DNA of 64,000 nucleotides from a virus. Its lineage: Duplodnaviria > Caudoviricetes. The stretch covers positions 6,491-70,490 of IMG/VR virus record IMGVR_UViG_3300020045_018276, one strand, 5' to 3'. The notes under the pieces are model-generated. The model searched no databases. It was not told where the DNA came from and saw nothing but the letters and a program-made list of their open reading frames with translations. Made by a program: the position numbers and the translations under genes. Within the stretch, counting starts at the first letter, position 1. Each line of letters begins with the position of its first letter. Below are positions 29,250-39,184 of the stretch, in pieces.

Positions 29250-29993
29250 ATGAGCAAATATACCCTGACATACAGCGACAAGTCAAAAGGATGGACTTCA
29301 TTCCATTCTTACCTACCGGATTGGATGTGCCGATTAAACAATCGTTTCTTCTCAATCAAGGACGGTCAGTTATGGCTCCATAATGACGAAACAAATCCTA
29401 TCAGGAATAATTTCTACGGCGTCCAGTATGACTCAAAAATCGTGACCGTTATAAATGAAGCGCCAACGGAAGACAAGATTTTCAAGACAATAGTTTTGGA
29501 AGGAAATAAGCCGTGGGATGTTGAATTAAAAACTAACCTGACTGAAAGCACGATTAAGAAAAGCGAATTCAATACAAGGGAAAGTCGCCATTTTGCGCAT
29601 ACGAGACAGAACGAGGATGTGGCTGATTTACATGGACACGCGGCCCAGGGAATCGGAGTGATAATTTCTACCGCAGGACTCACAATCACATATCCGACAT
29701 TATCCCAAATCGTAAGCGTAGGAGACAATCTTTATCAGTTGAATGCCGGTGCCGAAGAATTGATCGGTGAGATTGATTCAATTGTAAATGGAGTCGTTAC
29801 AGTTACGGCAATCATTACAACACCGGTTCCGGGATATTATTCATTCGCTAAAAAGGATTCACGGATTGAAGGCGCTGCATTACGAGGATATTATGCGGAA
29901 GTCACATTAACAAACGACGACACAACCGAAGTAGAGCTTTTCGCAATAAACAGCAACATCGTTCACTCGGGAGTAAATCTTCAAAACAAATAA
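29250..29993 (+). CDS. tail nozzle C-terminal partner protein
   Basis: KGWTSFHSYLPDW, EDKIFKTIVLEG, LRGYYAEV, VELFAI motifs. Confidence 0.6.
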   Translation: MSKYTLTYSDKSKGWTSFHSYLPDWMCRLNNRFFSIKDGQLWLHNDETNPIRNNFYGVQYDSKIVTVINEAPTEDKIFKTIVLEGNKPWDVELKTNLTESTIKKSEFNTRESRHFAHTRQNEDVADLHGHAAQGIGVIISTAGLTITYPTLSQIVSVGDNLYQLNAGAEELIGEIDSIVNGVVTVTAIITTPVPGYYSFAKKDSRIEGAALRGYYAEVTLTNDDTTEVELFAINSNIVHSGVNLQNK

Positions 29994-29994
29994 T

Positions 29995-30399
29995 ATGGAA
30001 TTCTCATTCAGGCTATTAGACGAAAGCGACTACGATACTCTTGTTGATTGGTGGAGATTTTTTAGATTTCCAGTTCCGCCGAGAGATTACCTCCCTGAAA
30101 ACGGACTAGGTGGGTTAATGGTCACAAAAGACGGTCAGGATATTTGCGCAGGGTTTTTGTTTTTGAACAACTCTAAAATTGCCTGGCTAGAATTTATCGT
30201 AAGGTCAAACATATACCGCGAAAACGATGTTCCCGAAGCGATAGAATATTTAATTGATAAACTGTGTCATATCGCTAGAGCACGCGGATATAAAGCAGTT
30301 TTCACTTCATTGAAGAATGAAAGTTTGATACAAAGATACGAAGCGGCCGGATTTAAAAAAGGTTCTCGCTCGACTACCGAAATGACTATTTTGCTATAA
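29995..30399 (+). CDS. GNAT-fold acetyltransferase-like protein
   Basis: 135-codon ORF with a GNAT-like alpha/beta pattern (ICAGFL, RGYKAVF, RYEAAGF), located before the ejection proteins. Confidence 0.6.
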   Translation: MEFSFRLLDESDYDTLVDWWRFFRFPVPPRDYLPENGLGGLMVTKDGQDICAGFLFLNNSKIAWLEFIVRSNIYRENDVPEAIEYLIDKLCHIARARGYKAVFTSLKNESLIQRYEAAGFKKGSRSTTEMTILL

Positions 30400-30442
30400 T
30401 ACAAAATATTACAAATTTCTACAATCAAAATTAATATCTTTG
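30400..30442 (+). promoter_or_regulatory. ejection-protein operon promoter with TACAA array
   Basis: TACAA at 30400, 30410, 30420; -7 box TATCTTTG at 30435-30442. Confidence 0.7.
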
Positions 30443-30505
30443 TCAAAGTCAATTGGGAAAAAGACTAAAACGAATTGCGTCAATCAAACATTAAAAATGT
30501 AAGAA

Positions 30506-31096
30506 ATGGCTGCAATTACTGTATCAGCATTATCGGTGGGCTTGTCAGGATATATGGCATATCAAGGAGCACAAGAAAAAAAGAAAGCCTCAAAAGAGCT
30601 GAATGAATACGAGCGCCAAACGCTTGACAACGCATTCAAGGACATTCCATTAAGCACAATTGGTTCCGATGCTATCCGTGAAGAAAACAGGATTACTTCT
30701 TCGGACTTAGTTGATTCTTCAAGGCAGGCAGGAATTCGCGGAGTATTCGGCGGCATTCCTAAAATCCAATCATTTACAAATACTTCAAATCAGGAAGCTT
30801 TGAGCTATCTTGATGGTCAGGATATCAAAAGAAATTATGCTATTGCAGGCGATAACGTAAACACCCGTAATATGCGCGAGAACCGTGATATTGCCAACAT
30901 CGCCGCATTGTCTTCCCGCGAACAGGCTGGAAAAGAAGATATGTGGAATGGACTCACAGGAGTTGCAAAAGCCGTCCCCGGTATGATGAAAGCTATTCCT
31001 CAAGATAGCGACTGGGGAGATTACTTCGCTAAAATGGGTGAAGAAGATTTCGGTGATACTGTTGGCTATACACCTTCCAAAACTTTTAACTTTTAA
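30506..31096 (+). CDS. internal virion (ejection) protein 1
   Basis: hydrophobic Ala/Gly N-terminus, helical, first of three. Confidence 0.6.
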   Translation: MAAITVSALSVGLSGYMAYQGAQEKKKASKELNEYERQTLDNAFKDIPLSTIGSDAIREENRITSSDLVDSSRQAGIRGVFGGIPKIQSFTNTSNQEALSYLDGQDIKRNYAIAGDNVNTRNMRENRDIANIAALSSREQAGKEDMWNGLTGVAKAVPGMMKAIPQDSDWGDYFAKMGEEDFGDTVGYTPSKTFNF

Positions 31097-31099
31097 GAA

Positions 31100-32602
31100 A
31101 TGGGAAACTCAAGCAGTGTATTCGGGACAGCCAAGCCAATCAGTATTTCAATGGTTGACCTGCAGACCGACCAAGAAAACCAAGACTTAAAATTCAGGGC
31201 CGAACAGCGCGAAATTGACAAAATCGCCCAAGACCGTAAAGATAAGGCCGACGCCAAAAAAGAAGCGCTTCAAAAAGAAATGCTTGCCAAATTGCCTCAA
31301 AATTACGACTCAGGATCAAAATCACTTACCGAATTACAAGGCAAGATTATAAATCAAGGCGTCGAGCGTATCGGGGAAATTACCAAAAAACTTTCTGACC
31401 CGAAAATTTCCGATGATGAAAAGATTTCATTGCGCATCGAAGCCCAACAATTAAACCAGCTTCCGGAAAATCTTAAGATTGCGACCGATACATTCACGAA
31501 AAAAATCGAGACTTATAAAAAAGGCGTTGCCGACGGAAGCCTATTTGAAGACCCAGTTTTCGAAAAGCAAGTTTTAAGCGGTTTCGAAAATTACGTGGGC
31601 GGACTTGACGGTGGATTACCTGTTGTTGGATTTGTCGACAAGAATGCTGACGGAAAAGTTGATAAACTCGATGTGGTTGATTACAATGATATCCAAAGCG
31701 GTATTCCGCAATTTGATTTCCAGCCGAAAGTTGATTTGGATAAAATCGTAACAGTAATAGCGAAAGATGTTGGAATGGATGATATCACAACCGATAGCAA
31801 TTTCACGTCTACCCAAGTCAAACAAGCCAACTCAGCGAAGGTAGATGCGGCAGTGAAAGGAATTCTTTACGATGATCAAGGAATGCCAACCCCGGCTGCA
31901 AAATCCCAGCTCAAAAAGATGGGATTGGATAATACACCCGAAAATCTAAAAAAGGTAGACACATATACGAAAGAATTATTGCTTTCCAAAACGGATTACT
32001 TGAAGAAGACCGACAAGGATTACGGGTCGATGAATGCTGCGGCACGATTGAAATTTGATAAAGACAAAGAAAAACCGAAAGAAGACACCACGTTTGCTCA
32101 GGTCGAAACGCCTCCCGTATATGCTGCAGCGAAAGTAACTCCGTCCGCAGGTTACAGGACCGTATCAGTTACAGGAGCTAAACCGATTTCCATCCTAAAA
32201 GGTTTCGTTGACGGTAAGGAGGTTTCATACACAAACGCGACCATTAATTCATATACCGTCGAAGTCAATAAAAAAGGCGAACGGACTGTTGTTGCTGAAG
32301 TTGTTTACGGAGAAACAAAAGGCGGCAAGACAAACGAAATCGATCCAGTGACAGGAAAAGTTATTGAATCCACTACGACCGACAAGCAAAATCAAACCGC
32401 TCTCGTAAGATTGAATGAAAAAGACGGCTATAAATACGCGAAATCAATGGGATTGGAAAACTTCAATCAATTGAAAAACCAAGCCAAGTCAGCAGAGCAG
32501 AACAAAAAATTCAACGCCGTTCAGGAAAGTGCTATCTCCAAAGCGATGAAGGATAATCCGGGATATTCAAGGGAAGAAATAATTCAAGGCTTAGGCTTAT
32601 AA
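31100..32602 (+). CDS. internal virion (ejection) protein 2
   Basis: 500 aa, charged and helical; position. Confidence 0.55.
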   Translation: MGNSSSVFGTAKPISISMVDLQTDQENQDLKFRAEQREIDKIAQDRKDKADAKKEALQKEMLAKLPQNYDSGSKSLTELQGKIINQGVERIGEITKKLSDPKISDDEKISLRIEAQQLNQLPENLKIATDTFTKKIETYKKGVADGSLFEDPVFEKQVLSGFENYVGGLDGGLPVVGFVDKNADGKVDKLDVVDYNDIQSGIPQFDFQPKVDLDKIVTVIAKDVGMDDITTDSNFTSTQVKQANSAKVDAAVKGILYDDQGMPTPAAKSQLKKMGLDNTPENLKKVDTYTKELLLSKTDYLKKTDKDYGSMNAAARLKFDKDKEKPKEDTTFAQVETPPVYAAAKVTPSAGYRTVSVTGAKPISILKGFVDGKEVSYTNATINSYTVEVNKKGERTVVAEVVYGETKGGKTNEIDPVTGKVIESTTTDKQNQTALVRLNEKDGYKYAKSMGLENFNQLKNQAKSAEQNKKFNAVQESAISKAMKDNPGYSREEIIQGLGL

Positions 32603-32611
32603 AACCAAACT

Positions 32612-35600
32612 ATGGCACTAAATCCAAATAATAGAAAGCCTTTAAATTTAAGTGGCGCCAAAGAAATATTGGACAGCGATGAACGTCCGGCATTAAATCT
32701 GTCTGGCGCTCAGGAAATCTTAAAAAAAAAAGATATTTCTATTTCGTCAGAACAAGCGACCGTATCGGAATCGAATGCAACGGTTATTTCTTCGGGCGAA
32801 TCAAAGTCTGATTTACCTTTATCATCACCTTCAAAATACAAGGAAGGTTCGATGGCTTGGAACCAGGAGAAGTTAAAACAAAACGTTTCCGGCTACACTT
32901 CCATTTTCGATAAATTCCAAGAAACCCAAAAAGTATCGGACGAACGCCAAAAAGAAATTGCGCTTGAAGTTGAAGCCGAATCTAAAGACGAAGGTATATT
33001 CAACAACCTTATCAAATACGGTAAACGTACCGCTAACGCATTGGCTGATACGGTTACCGCTACACTCACTTTAGGGACAAACGGAGAGAGCCCAATCAGA
33101 TTCGAGGAAGATACCTTGAAATCTGAAAAGGAAACAGCGCGCAAGGAATTACTCAAAGAAGCCGCTATTGCAAAGGCAAAGAAAGAACCGGTTCCTGAAA
33201 TCTCAAAGGAAGCTATTACAGCCAAAGCGAAAGAAATTGCTATCGCCAAACGCATCAAATCTGAAAGTAAAAGTCAGGTTCGCGATTTTCTGCAGGACAT
33301 TCCGGACGCAGATAAAACCGATCTGACAAAATTCGCGGTCCAGGAATACGCAACAATCAAAGAAGACGAGAAACTTAACCTGAAAAAACAGAATGTTTTA
33401 CAGTCAGAAATCGATTTGAGCCTGTCTAAAATCAACGATTTAAACAAAACGGTATCTCAGTATAAAAATAATCCTGAAGCAATTCCTGACGACTTAAAAT
33501 CCGAATACCAATCTGAACTAAAAAAGTATCAGGTATTGGTTTCCGACGCTATACAAACGCAGAAAGAATTCATTTCCAACGAAAAGGATTTGGGAGATAT
33601 GCGGGAGAACGTCGATATTTTTAAAAGGAATTATGGTAAACTTCGAAACTTCGTGAATAACGTCGACGCTACAATCGGCGATATCTCAGCGGGAGTTTTC
33701 GGCGCAGTCGATTACGCGAACAAAGCTTCGGAATATGTATTTGGAGAAACTGAAATGACCCGTCGTCGCGGAGAAAATGCAAAAGCCATTTATCAGTCTT
33801 TAAAATCTGATGCCGATGAAGCGCGCGCGGAAATTATGAAGCCGTTATCGGTCGACGATATTGAAAATGCTTCTGACTTCGGTAGTTGGTTTTCAAATAC
33901 AGTACTTGCGAATCAAATCCCAATATATGGACTCGTTGCGACTGGCGCTCCGGGAATCGCTGCAATTGGAGGTTATTCGACGGGTGAAAAGTTTGAGGCG
34001 ATGCAGGAAGAAATGAAATCGGGAGAACAGAATTACTCCGACGAACAAATGCTGGGAATTCCGGCTGGATTTGGCGTTACGGAAACTGCAAGCGCAATGG
34101 TCGACAGATTGCTTTTGGGTAATGCGTCAAGGGTAATCCGTAGCGCAACGGCACCGGAACGTACAATGATGGCGAAAAGCATTTGGGACAGTGCGAAAAA
34201 TATCGGAGGCGCTTCACTAAAAGGCGGATTGCTGGAAGGTCTTGATGAATCAGGAACTCAGGTTGCCCAAAACATTCTCGACAAATATGCAGGAGACAAA
34301 AACATTCAATTGCTCAATGGAGTAAAGGATGCGGGAACAGCAGGAACGGTTATGGGCATGCTCTTGCCTTTCGGTTCAAATCTTGTTGCCGAAGCTATCA
34401 AACCATTCTCAACAGATACGAAAATACAAAAAGCCTCGGCGCAGATACTCGCTTACGAAAGCCAACTTGATAATAAGGAAATAAGCGACACTTCCCGAAA
34501 AACAATCGAATCGCAACTTGACAAAACCAAGTCGGACGTAAAAACTTTGCTTGAAAAGAAAATCAAGAACATCGGCAATCTTACAGATGCTCAGTTTTCC
34601 GAAGTAATGCGTCTTGAAAAAGCACAGGCAAATATTAAAAATCAGGTGCGTGAAGTATTATTGGACGATGCTTTGTCTGAAGATATGAAAAAGCAACTGA
34701 CAGGTGATTTGAAAACCGAATTCGAAGCCAACGATCAAAGGCGTATTGATTTGGTCGAACGCGGAGGCAATCGCGAATTGAATAAACTCGGCGACGAAGA
34801 ATTGATTATCGCTAAAGACCAAGCCGCGCGTAAATTGATGAAAGAATTGAATCCTGACGGCACGAAATCAATCACATTAACCGACGAGCAGATTACGAAG
34901 AAAGCTGGTGAAATGCTGGCTGAGAAGAATGCGAAACGTGAAGCGAAAGAAAATCCTGTTGTTGAAGAAAGCGCTCCGATTGTGAACGAGACGATAAACA
35001 CGAATATCGAAAATGAAACAATACCGAACCAAAATCCTATTCCTGATGGAAACGTTCAGCCTGACGCTGGAATCGTGGAGCAAAACAGAAATGCTGTCGA
35101 AGAAAATACTGAAACAGAAAACGTTTCCGAGTCCGTTGACACCGCAGCAGCTACGAGTGAAGTTCAAAATGTAAAGGAAGTCACGGTCGGGAAAGGAGCT
35201 TTTTCAGGAACTTTCAGTATTGAAATCACTCCCGAAGGCAAACAAAAAATTACAAAAAAAGACGGAACTGAAATTCCTGAGTTTGTTGAGCGTAAGATTA
35301 AGCAACGTGGCGTCGATAAGCCGAAAACTAAGATTGTAAAAAATCCTACTTACGCAAAGATTTGGGCCGAAGCAAATAATACCTTGACCGAAAACCAAAT
35401 TAACGAAGAACGCAAGAAAAATTACAATGAGGCGCTTAATAATACCGAGCCAACAACGCCTTATGAAGTAGCCGCGCGCGCAATTGCTAATGGGCAGAAA
35501 ATCAATCGCGAAAGTGTTGCCAGAGAAACCGGCGATGGTAAAAATAGGACTTGGGTTACAGGACTCGGAAATAACGAGTCGGCTCCGTCAGTTGAAGTGC

Positions 35601-38600
35601 TGGCCGAACAATTAGCAGAAGCTAATCCGCAAATCGAAGCCGATGGTACAAATTTCCGCGACGCAATTCTTGAAGTTATCGGAGGCCACAATAATATCGA
35701 CGATGTTCGCGACGGCATCATTGAAAATTATCAAAGAGGCAATGATCAATACTACGGACTTTCCGAGGAAGAACAAATTTCCGCTTATAAAGGCAGTTTA
35801 TCGGAAGAAGAATTATCTTTGTTTGAATCGAAGCAATTTGACGATTACGTTGATTCGCTTCCTGAGAACGAAAAAGTAAAATATTATAAACAAGAATATG
35901 CAAAACAACTCGAATCCCTCGACCCCGACCAACAACGAGCAATCCACGAACAGTACGAACTCGACGAGCAGCAACGACAAGGATTATCTTCTGCGAATCA
36001 AGGGGATGAAGTTAGCGATAGCGGAATCGGCGCGGAAAGCGAAGAAAGCGGGAGGCAGTCAGAACAAGAAATAGACGACGAAGCCGAATCCGCTACTCAA
36101 GGAATGTCTTTCAATAACGACAATCGTCGTGATTTGACAGGTAAAGGCCGAATCCGCGATTTATTAAGCCGTCAGCGTAAGTTCAGAAAACTTTGGAACA
36201 ATACCTTTAAAAGCAATGCTGGACTCGATACGCGTGTCGCTGAAACTTTCCGTTCAAGAAACCGTGAGATTTCAGCTTTTACCGACGCGCTGGATTACGA
36301 AACAGGATTGTTTAAAAATCTTCTCGACAAAGTTCGCAAATCAAATCCGAAAGACTACATCAAAAATTCACTGGCGATTAACGATTATCTTGCGGGTGAC
36401 TCAAATGCCGTACCTTTTTTAAATACTGAACAAAAAGCGCAACTCGATTATTTCCGAGAAAGGATTGATATTCTTTCGGAAACAATTTTGGATAAGCTCG
36501 ACACAAAACTTACTGATTTACAGACTCGGCTTGCATCAGCCACAAGTCCGGTTGCACAATCTTCTATATCCGGTTCCGTTGAAAGAACCCAAAATCTCAT
36601 CGATACAATCCGAAACAACAAAGGAACTTACCTTAACCGCTCGTACCAAATCTTCGTCGATGATAGCTATTCCGAAATTATAACCGAGAAGAACAATGAA
36701 ATCAGCATCGAAGGCCGCGATAAAATCAAGAACGCGGTTGATTACCTGGTCCGCGAAGAAGGTTATTCGAAAAAAAATGCCGAAGAATACATTGCTGATT
36801 ATCTCGACGGAATCCGAAAAGCAAAAAATGATTTCTCATTCATATCTTCAGGAAAGGCCGACGCTCCGTTTTTGAAGAAAAGGAAAGATTTGCCTGTGGA
36901 ATTCCGCGAACTTTTAGGCGAGGCGAAAGATCCGATTTATAATTTCGTGAACACTGTTTACAAATTAAGTAACTATGTGGCAAATCTCGAATATCAGGAC
37001 AGGATGCGCACTACTTTACTTGACACGGATATTGGTAAGTTGGCTCCGGAACAAGGTTATACAAAACTCACAAGCGATGGTGACGGCTGGCAGACATTAA
37101 GCGATGTTTACGTTCCGAAAGATGTAGCCGAAGCCTTAAACGAAATGGCGCCGTTAGCAAGAGTCGACAGCGGATTTTACCAAGCGTGGATTAAGATTGC
37201 AGCGGCGACAAAAATCGGAAAGACAATCTTATCGCCGACGACTACTTTCCGGAACCTTTACAGCGGCGTATTTTTAGGCGTCAATGCGGGCCACTTCTTT
37301 CTATCAAGTCCAAAATATACCGCACAAGCATTTAATCAGGGACTCGGAACTGACCGCTCACAAACCAAACTGAAATCCGAGCGTCAGAAATTAATCAAAC
37401 TCGGCGTATTGAATGATGGTGGAAATGCCGGAGAAGTTATGGCGATCGTAAATGATTTCAGCAAGGAAACCGACCGTATGGTTAAGACCAATAAATTCCA
37501 ATATTCATTTGACGTGCTGAAAAAACTCTATGCGTTCGGTGATGACTTCTATAAAACAGCAGGATTCTATATTGAGAAGGAAAGGTTTATGAAAACCGGA
37601 ATGAATGAAGCTGATGCGGAGGTAAAATCAGCCGAAAGAATCAGAAACTCTTATCCGACGTATTCGTACATCCCGAAGAATTTTCAGCGCCTTAGAAGGC
37701 TTCCTGTTGTTGGGACATTTGTTTCGTTTCCTTATGAAATGGTACGGACCACAAAAAACAACTTGCTTTTCATTAAGGAGGATTTTGAACAGGGCAGAAA
37801 AAAGATGGCCGCGCAACGTGCCGCAGGATTGATTATTGGTAACGCGACATTATTCGGACTCAGTGCATTTACACGAAGTCTTATCGGATTTGATGACGAG
37901 GACGATGACGCGGTCCGCGACATGCTTCCGCAATGGCAAAAGAATTCCAAATTGATTTACACGGGCACAAAAAACGGCAAACCTACATTCGTGGACGGCA
38001 CCGCATTATTTCCATCAGAGGTCGTGATGAAACCATTATCAATTTTATTTGAAGACCGCGCCGGACGTGATAAGGACGACAAAATTCAGGAAGCTGTCTA
38101 TGAAGCGATTTCCCCTTACATCGGACTAGATATTTCGTTCAAGACAATAATGGGATTGATTAACAACCAAAACGAGTACGGCGAACCAATTTACAAAGGC
38201 GACAATATTGCTGAAGGCGCCGTAAACAGTCCTGATAAAATTACGAATTATTATCTCAAGCAAGCTGGTCCTGGCGTTTACAATAACATTTCAGAATTCA
38301 TGCGCGCCAATGAAATCATGCCTGAAACTTTCGGTGATAAATTCGCGTCATACGGCAAAGAGTACACAAATAAGGAAGCGGTGCTCGGATTATTGGGATT
38401 CAGGATTTCCACGATTAATTACAGTAATGGAATCACAAGTTTCGGTTACGGCGTAAAAGATGAATACGATATTGACCGCAAGGAAATGGTAGCCAAGATG
38501 AAAGGTTCTGAAAAACTTACTGTTGCGGAAGTTGCTAAAATCGCTTCTGATTACAAGAAAACGAATGAGGAAGCTCTTGAGAAAATAGGAAATATAATTA

Positions 38601-38920
38601 CGGCCGGCACCAAACTCGGAATGACTCAGGTTGAAATAAAAGACGCGTTGATCCGTTCGGGTTATTCAAAAGGCGACGCATTACTTTTGACTTTAGGAGG
38701 CAAGCCGGCGCCGAAGCCTGTATCTGCAAAATCTGAAAGTAACCAAAAAGAAAAGCTGACTGTGAGCTATGGAAAAGATAAGGCCAAGCCGCTTATCGAC
38801 GTGTATGACCACAATCTCAGTTTGCTTGAAATAGAACTCCGGAAAATAAACGAAAAGGATATTCAGGAAAATTCGGCGCTATTGAAGAAGTATTCGACAG
38901 ACCTGCGTTCTAAGAGATAA
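32612..38920 (+). CDS. large internal virion (ejection) protein, 2102 aa
   Basis: size, helical composition, TM-like segments; C-terminal region (FRNL, GDDFYK, GTFVSFPYEMVR) like large phage ejection proteins. Confidence 0.65.
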   Translation: MALNPNNRKPLNLSGAKEILDSDERPALNLSGAQEILKKKDISISSEQATVSESNATVISSGESKSDLPLSSPSKYKEGSMAWNQEKLKQNVSGYTSIFDKFQETQKVSDERQKEIALEVEAESKDEGIFNNLIKYGKRTANALADTVTATLTLGTNGESPIRFEEDTLKSEKETARKELLKEAAIAKAKKEPVPEISKEAITAKAKEIAIAKRIKSESKSQVRDFLQDIPDADKTDLTKFAVQEYATIKEDEKLNLKKQNVLQSEIDLSLSKINDLNKTVSQYKNNPEAIPDDLKSEYQSELKKYQVLVSDAIQTQKEFISNEKDLGDMRENVDIFKRNYGKLRNFVNNVDATIGDISAGVFGAVDYANKASEYVFGETEMTRRRGENAKAIYQSLKSDADEARAEIMKPLSVDDIENASDFGSWFSNTVLANQIPIYGLVATGAPGIAAIGGYSTGEKFEAMQEEMKSGEQNYSDEQMLGIPAGFGVTETASAMVDRLLLGNASRVIRSATAPERTMMAKSIWDSAKNIGGASLKGGLLEGLDESGTQVAQNILDKYAGDKNIQLLNGVKDAGTAGTVMGMLLPFGSNLVAEAIKPFSTDTKIQKASAQILAYESQLDNKEISDTSRKTIESQLDKTKSDVKTLLEKKIKNIGNLTDAQFSEVMRLEKAQANIKNQVREVLLDDALSEDMKKQLTGDLKTEFEANDQRRIDLVERGGNRELNKLGDEELIIAKDQAARKLMKELNPDGTKSITLTDEQITKKAGEMLAEKNAKREAKENPVVEESAPIVNETINTNIENETIPNQNPIPDGNVQPDAGIVEQNRNAVEENTETENVSESVDTAAATSEVQNVKEVTVGKGAFSGTFSIEITPEGKQKITKKDGTEIPEFVERKIKQRGVDKPKTKIVKNPTYAKIWAEANNTLTENQINEERKKNYNEALNNTEPTTPYEVAARAIANGQKINRESVARETGDGKNRTWVTGLGNNESAPSVEVLAEQLAEANPQIEADGTNFRDAILEVIGGHNNIDDVRDGIIENYQRGNDQYYGLSEEEQISAYKGSLSEEELSLFESKQFDDYVDSLPENEKVKYYKQEYAKQLESLDPDQQRAIHEQYELDEQQRQGLSSANQGDEVSDSGIGAESEESGRQSEQEIDDEAESATQGMSFNNDNRRDLTGKGRIRDLLSRQRKFRKLWNNTFKSNAGLDTRVAETFRSRNREISAFTDALDYETGLFKNLLDKVRKSNPKDYIKNSLAINDYLAGDSNAVPFLNTEQKAQLDYFRERIDILSETILDKLDTKLTDLQTRLASATSPVAQSSISGSVERTQNLIDTIRNNKGTYLNRSYQIFVDDSYSEIITEKNNEISIEGRDKIKNAVDYLVREEGYSKKNAEEYIADYLDGIRKAKNDFSFISSGKADAPFLKKRKDLPVEFRELLGEAKDPIYNFVNTVYKLSNYVANLEYQDRMRTTLLDTDIGKLAPEQGYTKLTSDGDGWQTLSDVYVPKDVAEALNEMAPLARVDSGFYQAWIKIAAATKIGKTILSPTTTFRNLYSGVFLGVNAGHFFLSSPKYTAQAFNQGLGTDRSQTKLKSERQKLIKLGVLNDGGNAGEVMAIVNDFSKETDRMVKTNKFQYSFDVLKKLYAFGDDFYKTAGFYIEKERFMKTGMNEADAEVKSAERIRNSYPTYSYIPKNFQRLRRLPVVGTFVSFPYEMVRTTKNNLLFIKEDFEQGRKKMAAQRAAGLIIGNATLFGLSAFTRSLIGFDDEDDDAVRDMLPQWQKNSKLIYTGTKNGKPTFVDGTALFPSEVVMKPLSILFEDRAGRDKDDKIQEAVYEAISPYIGLDISFKTIMGLINNQNEYGEPIYKGDNIAEGAVNSPDKITNYYLKQAGPGVYNNISEFMRANEIMPETFGDKFASYGKEYTNKEAVLGLLGFRISTINYSNGITSFGYGVKDEYDIDRKEMVAKMKGSEKLTVAEVAKIASDYKKTNEEALEKIGNIITAGTKLGMTQVEIKDALIRSGYSKGDALLLTLGGKPAPKPVSAKSESNQKEKLTVSYGKDKAKPLIDVYDHNLSLLEIELRKINEKDIQENSALLKKYSTDLRSKR

Positions 38921-38921
38921 T

Positions 38922-38954
38922 AAAAAAACCCGCTGCATAATTGAGCGGGTTTTT
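38922..38954. terminator. bidirectional terminator ending the late region
   Basis: AAAAAAACCCGCT...AGCGGGTTTTT. Confidence 0.85.
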
Positions 38955-38962
38955 GTTTTAAT

Positions 38963-39139
38963 TTACTCAGCGTTCTTCATGTTCTGAACTTCAACGCGGA
39001 CTTCTTTTGCTAAAACCGTGATGGCTTGCATTTTGTTTCTGAGGCGGGTTCCCGCTGATTTGTTGTTCTTTTCGTAAAATGCGGAAGCTTCTACTCTTGC
39101 TTCGGCTAACAATACTTCGAGTTGATCAATTTTTTCCAT
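38963..39139 (-). CDS. Bacteroidota histone H1-like (Hc1-type) small DNA-binding protein, 58 aa
   Basis: manual translation MEKIDQLEVLLAEARVEASAFYEKNNKSAGTRLRNKMQAITVLAKEVRVEVQNMKNAE; FY.K.N.SAGTR.R signature. Confidence 0.75.
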   Translation of the reverse strand: MEKIDQLEVLLAEARVEASAFYEKNNKSAGTRLRNKMQAITVLAKEVRVEVQNMKNAE

Positions 39140-39184
39140 TCTTTATATTAGCGATTTCCTACATATCGCGAGGTTTTGGTTAAA

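Noticed and set aside
32612-38920. Virion RNA polymerase
   Set aside because: No DxDGD/DFDID-type catalytic motif recognised; the acidic FDDEDDD stretch lies in a helical ejection-protein context.
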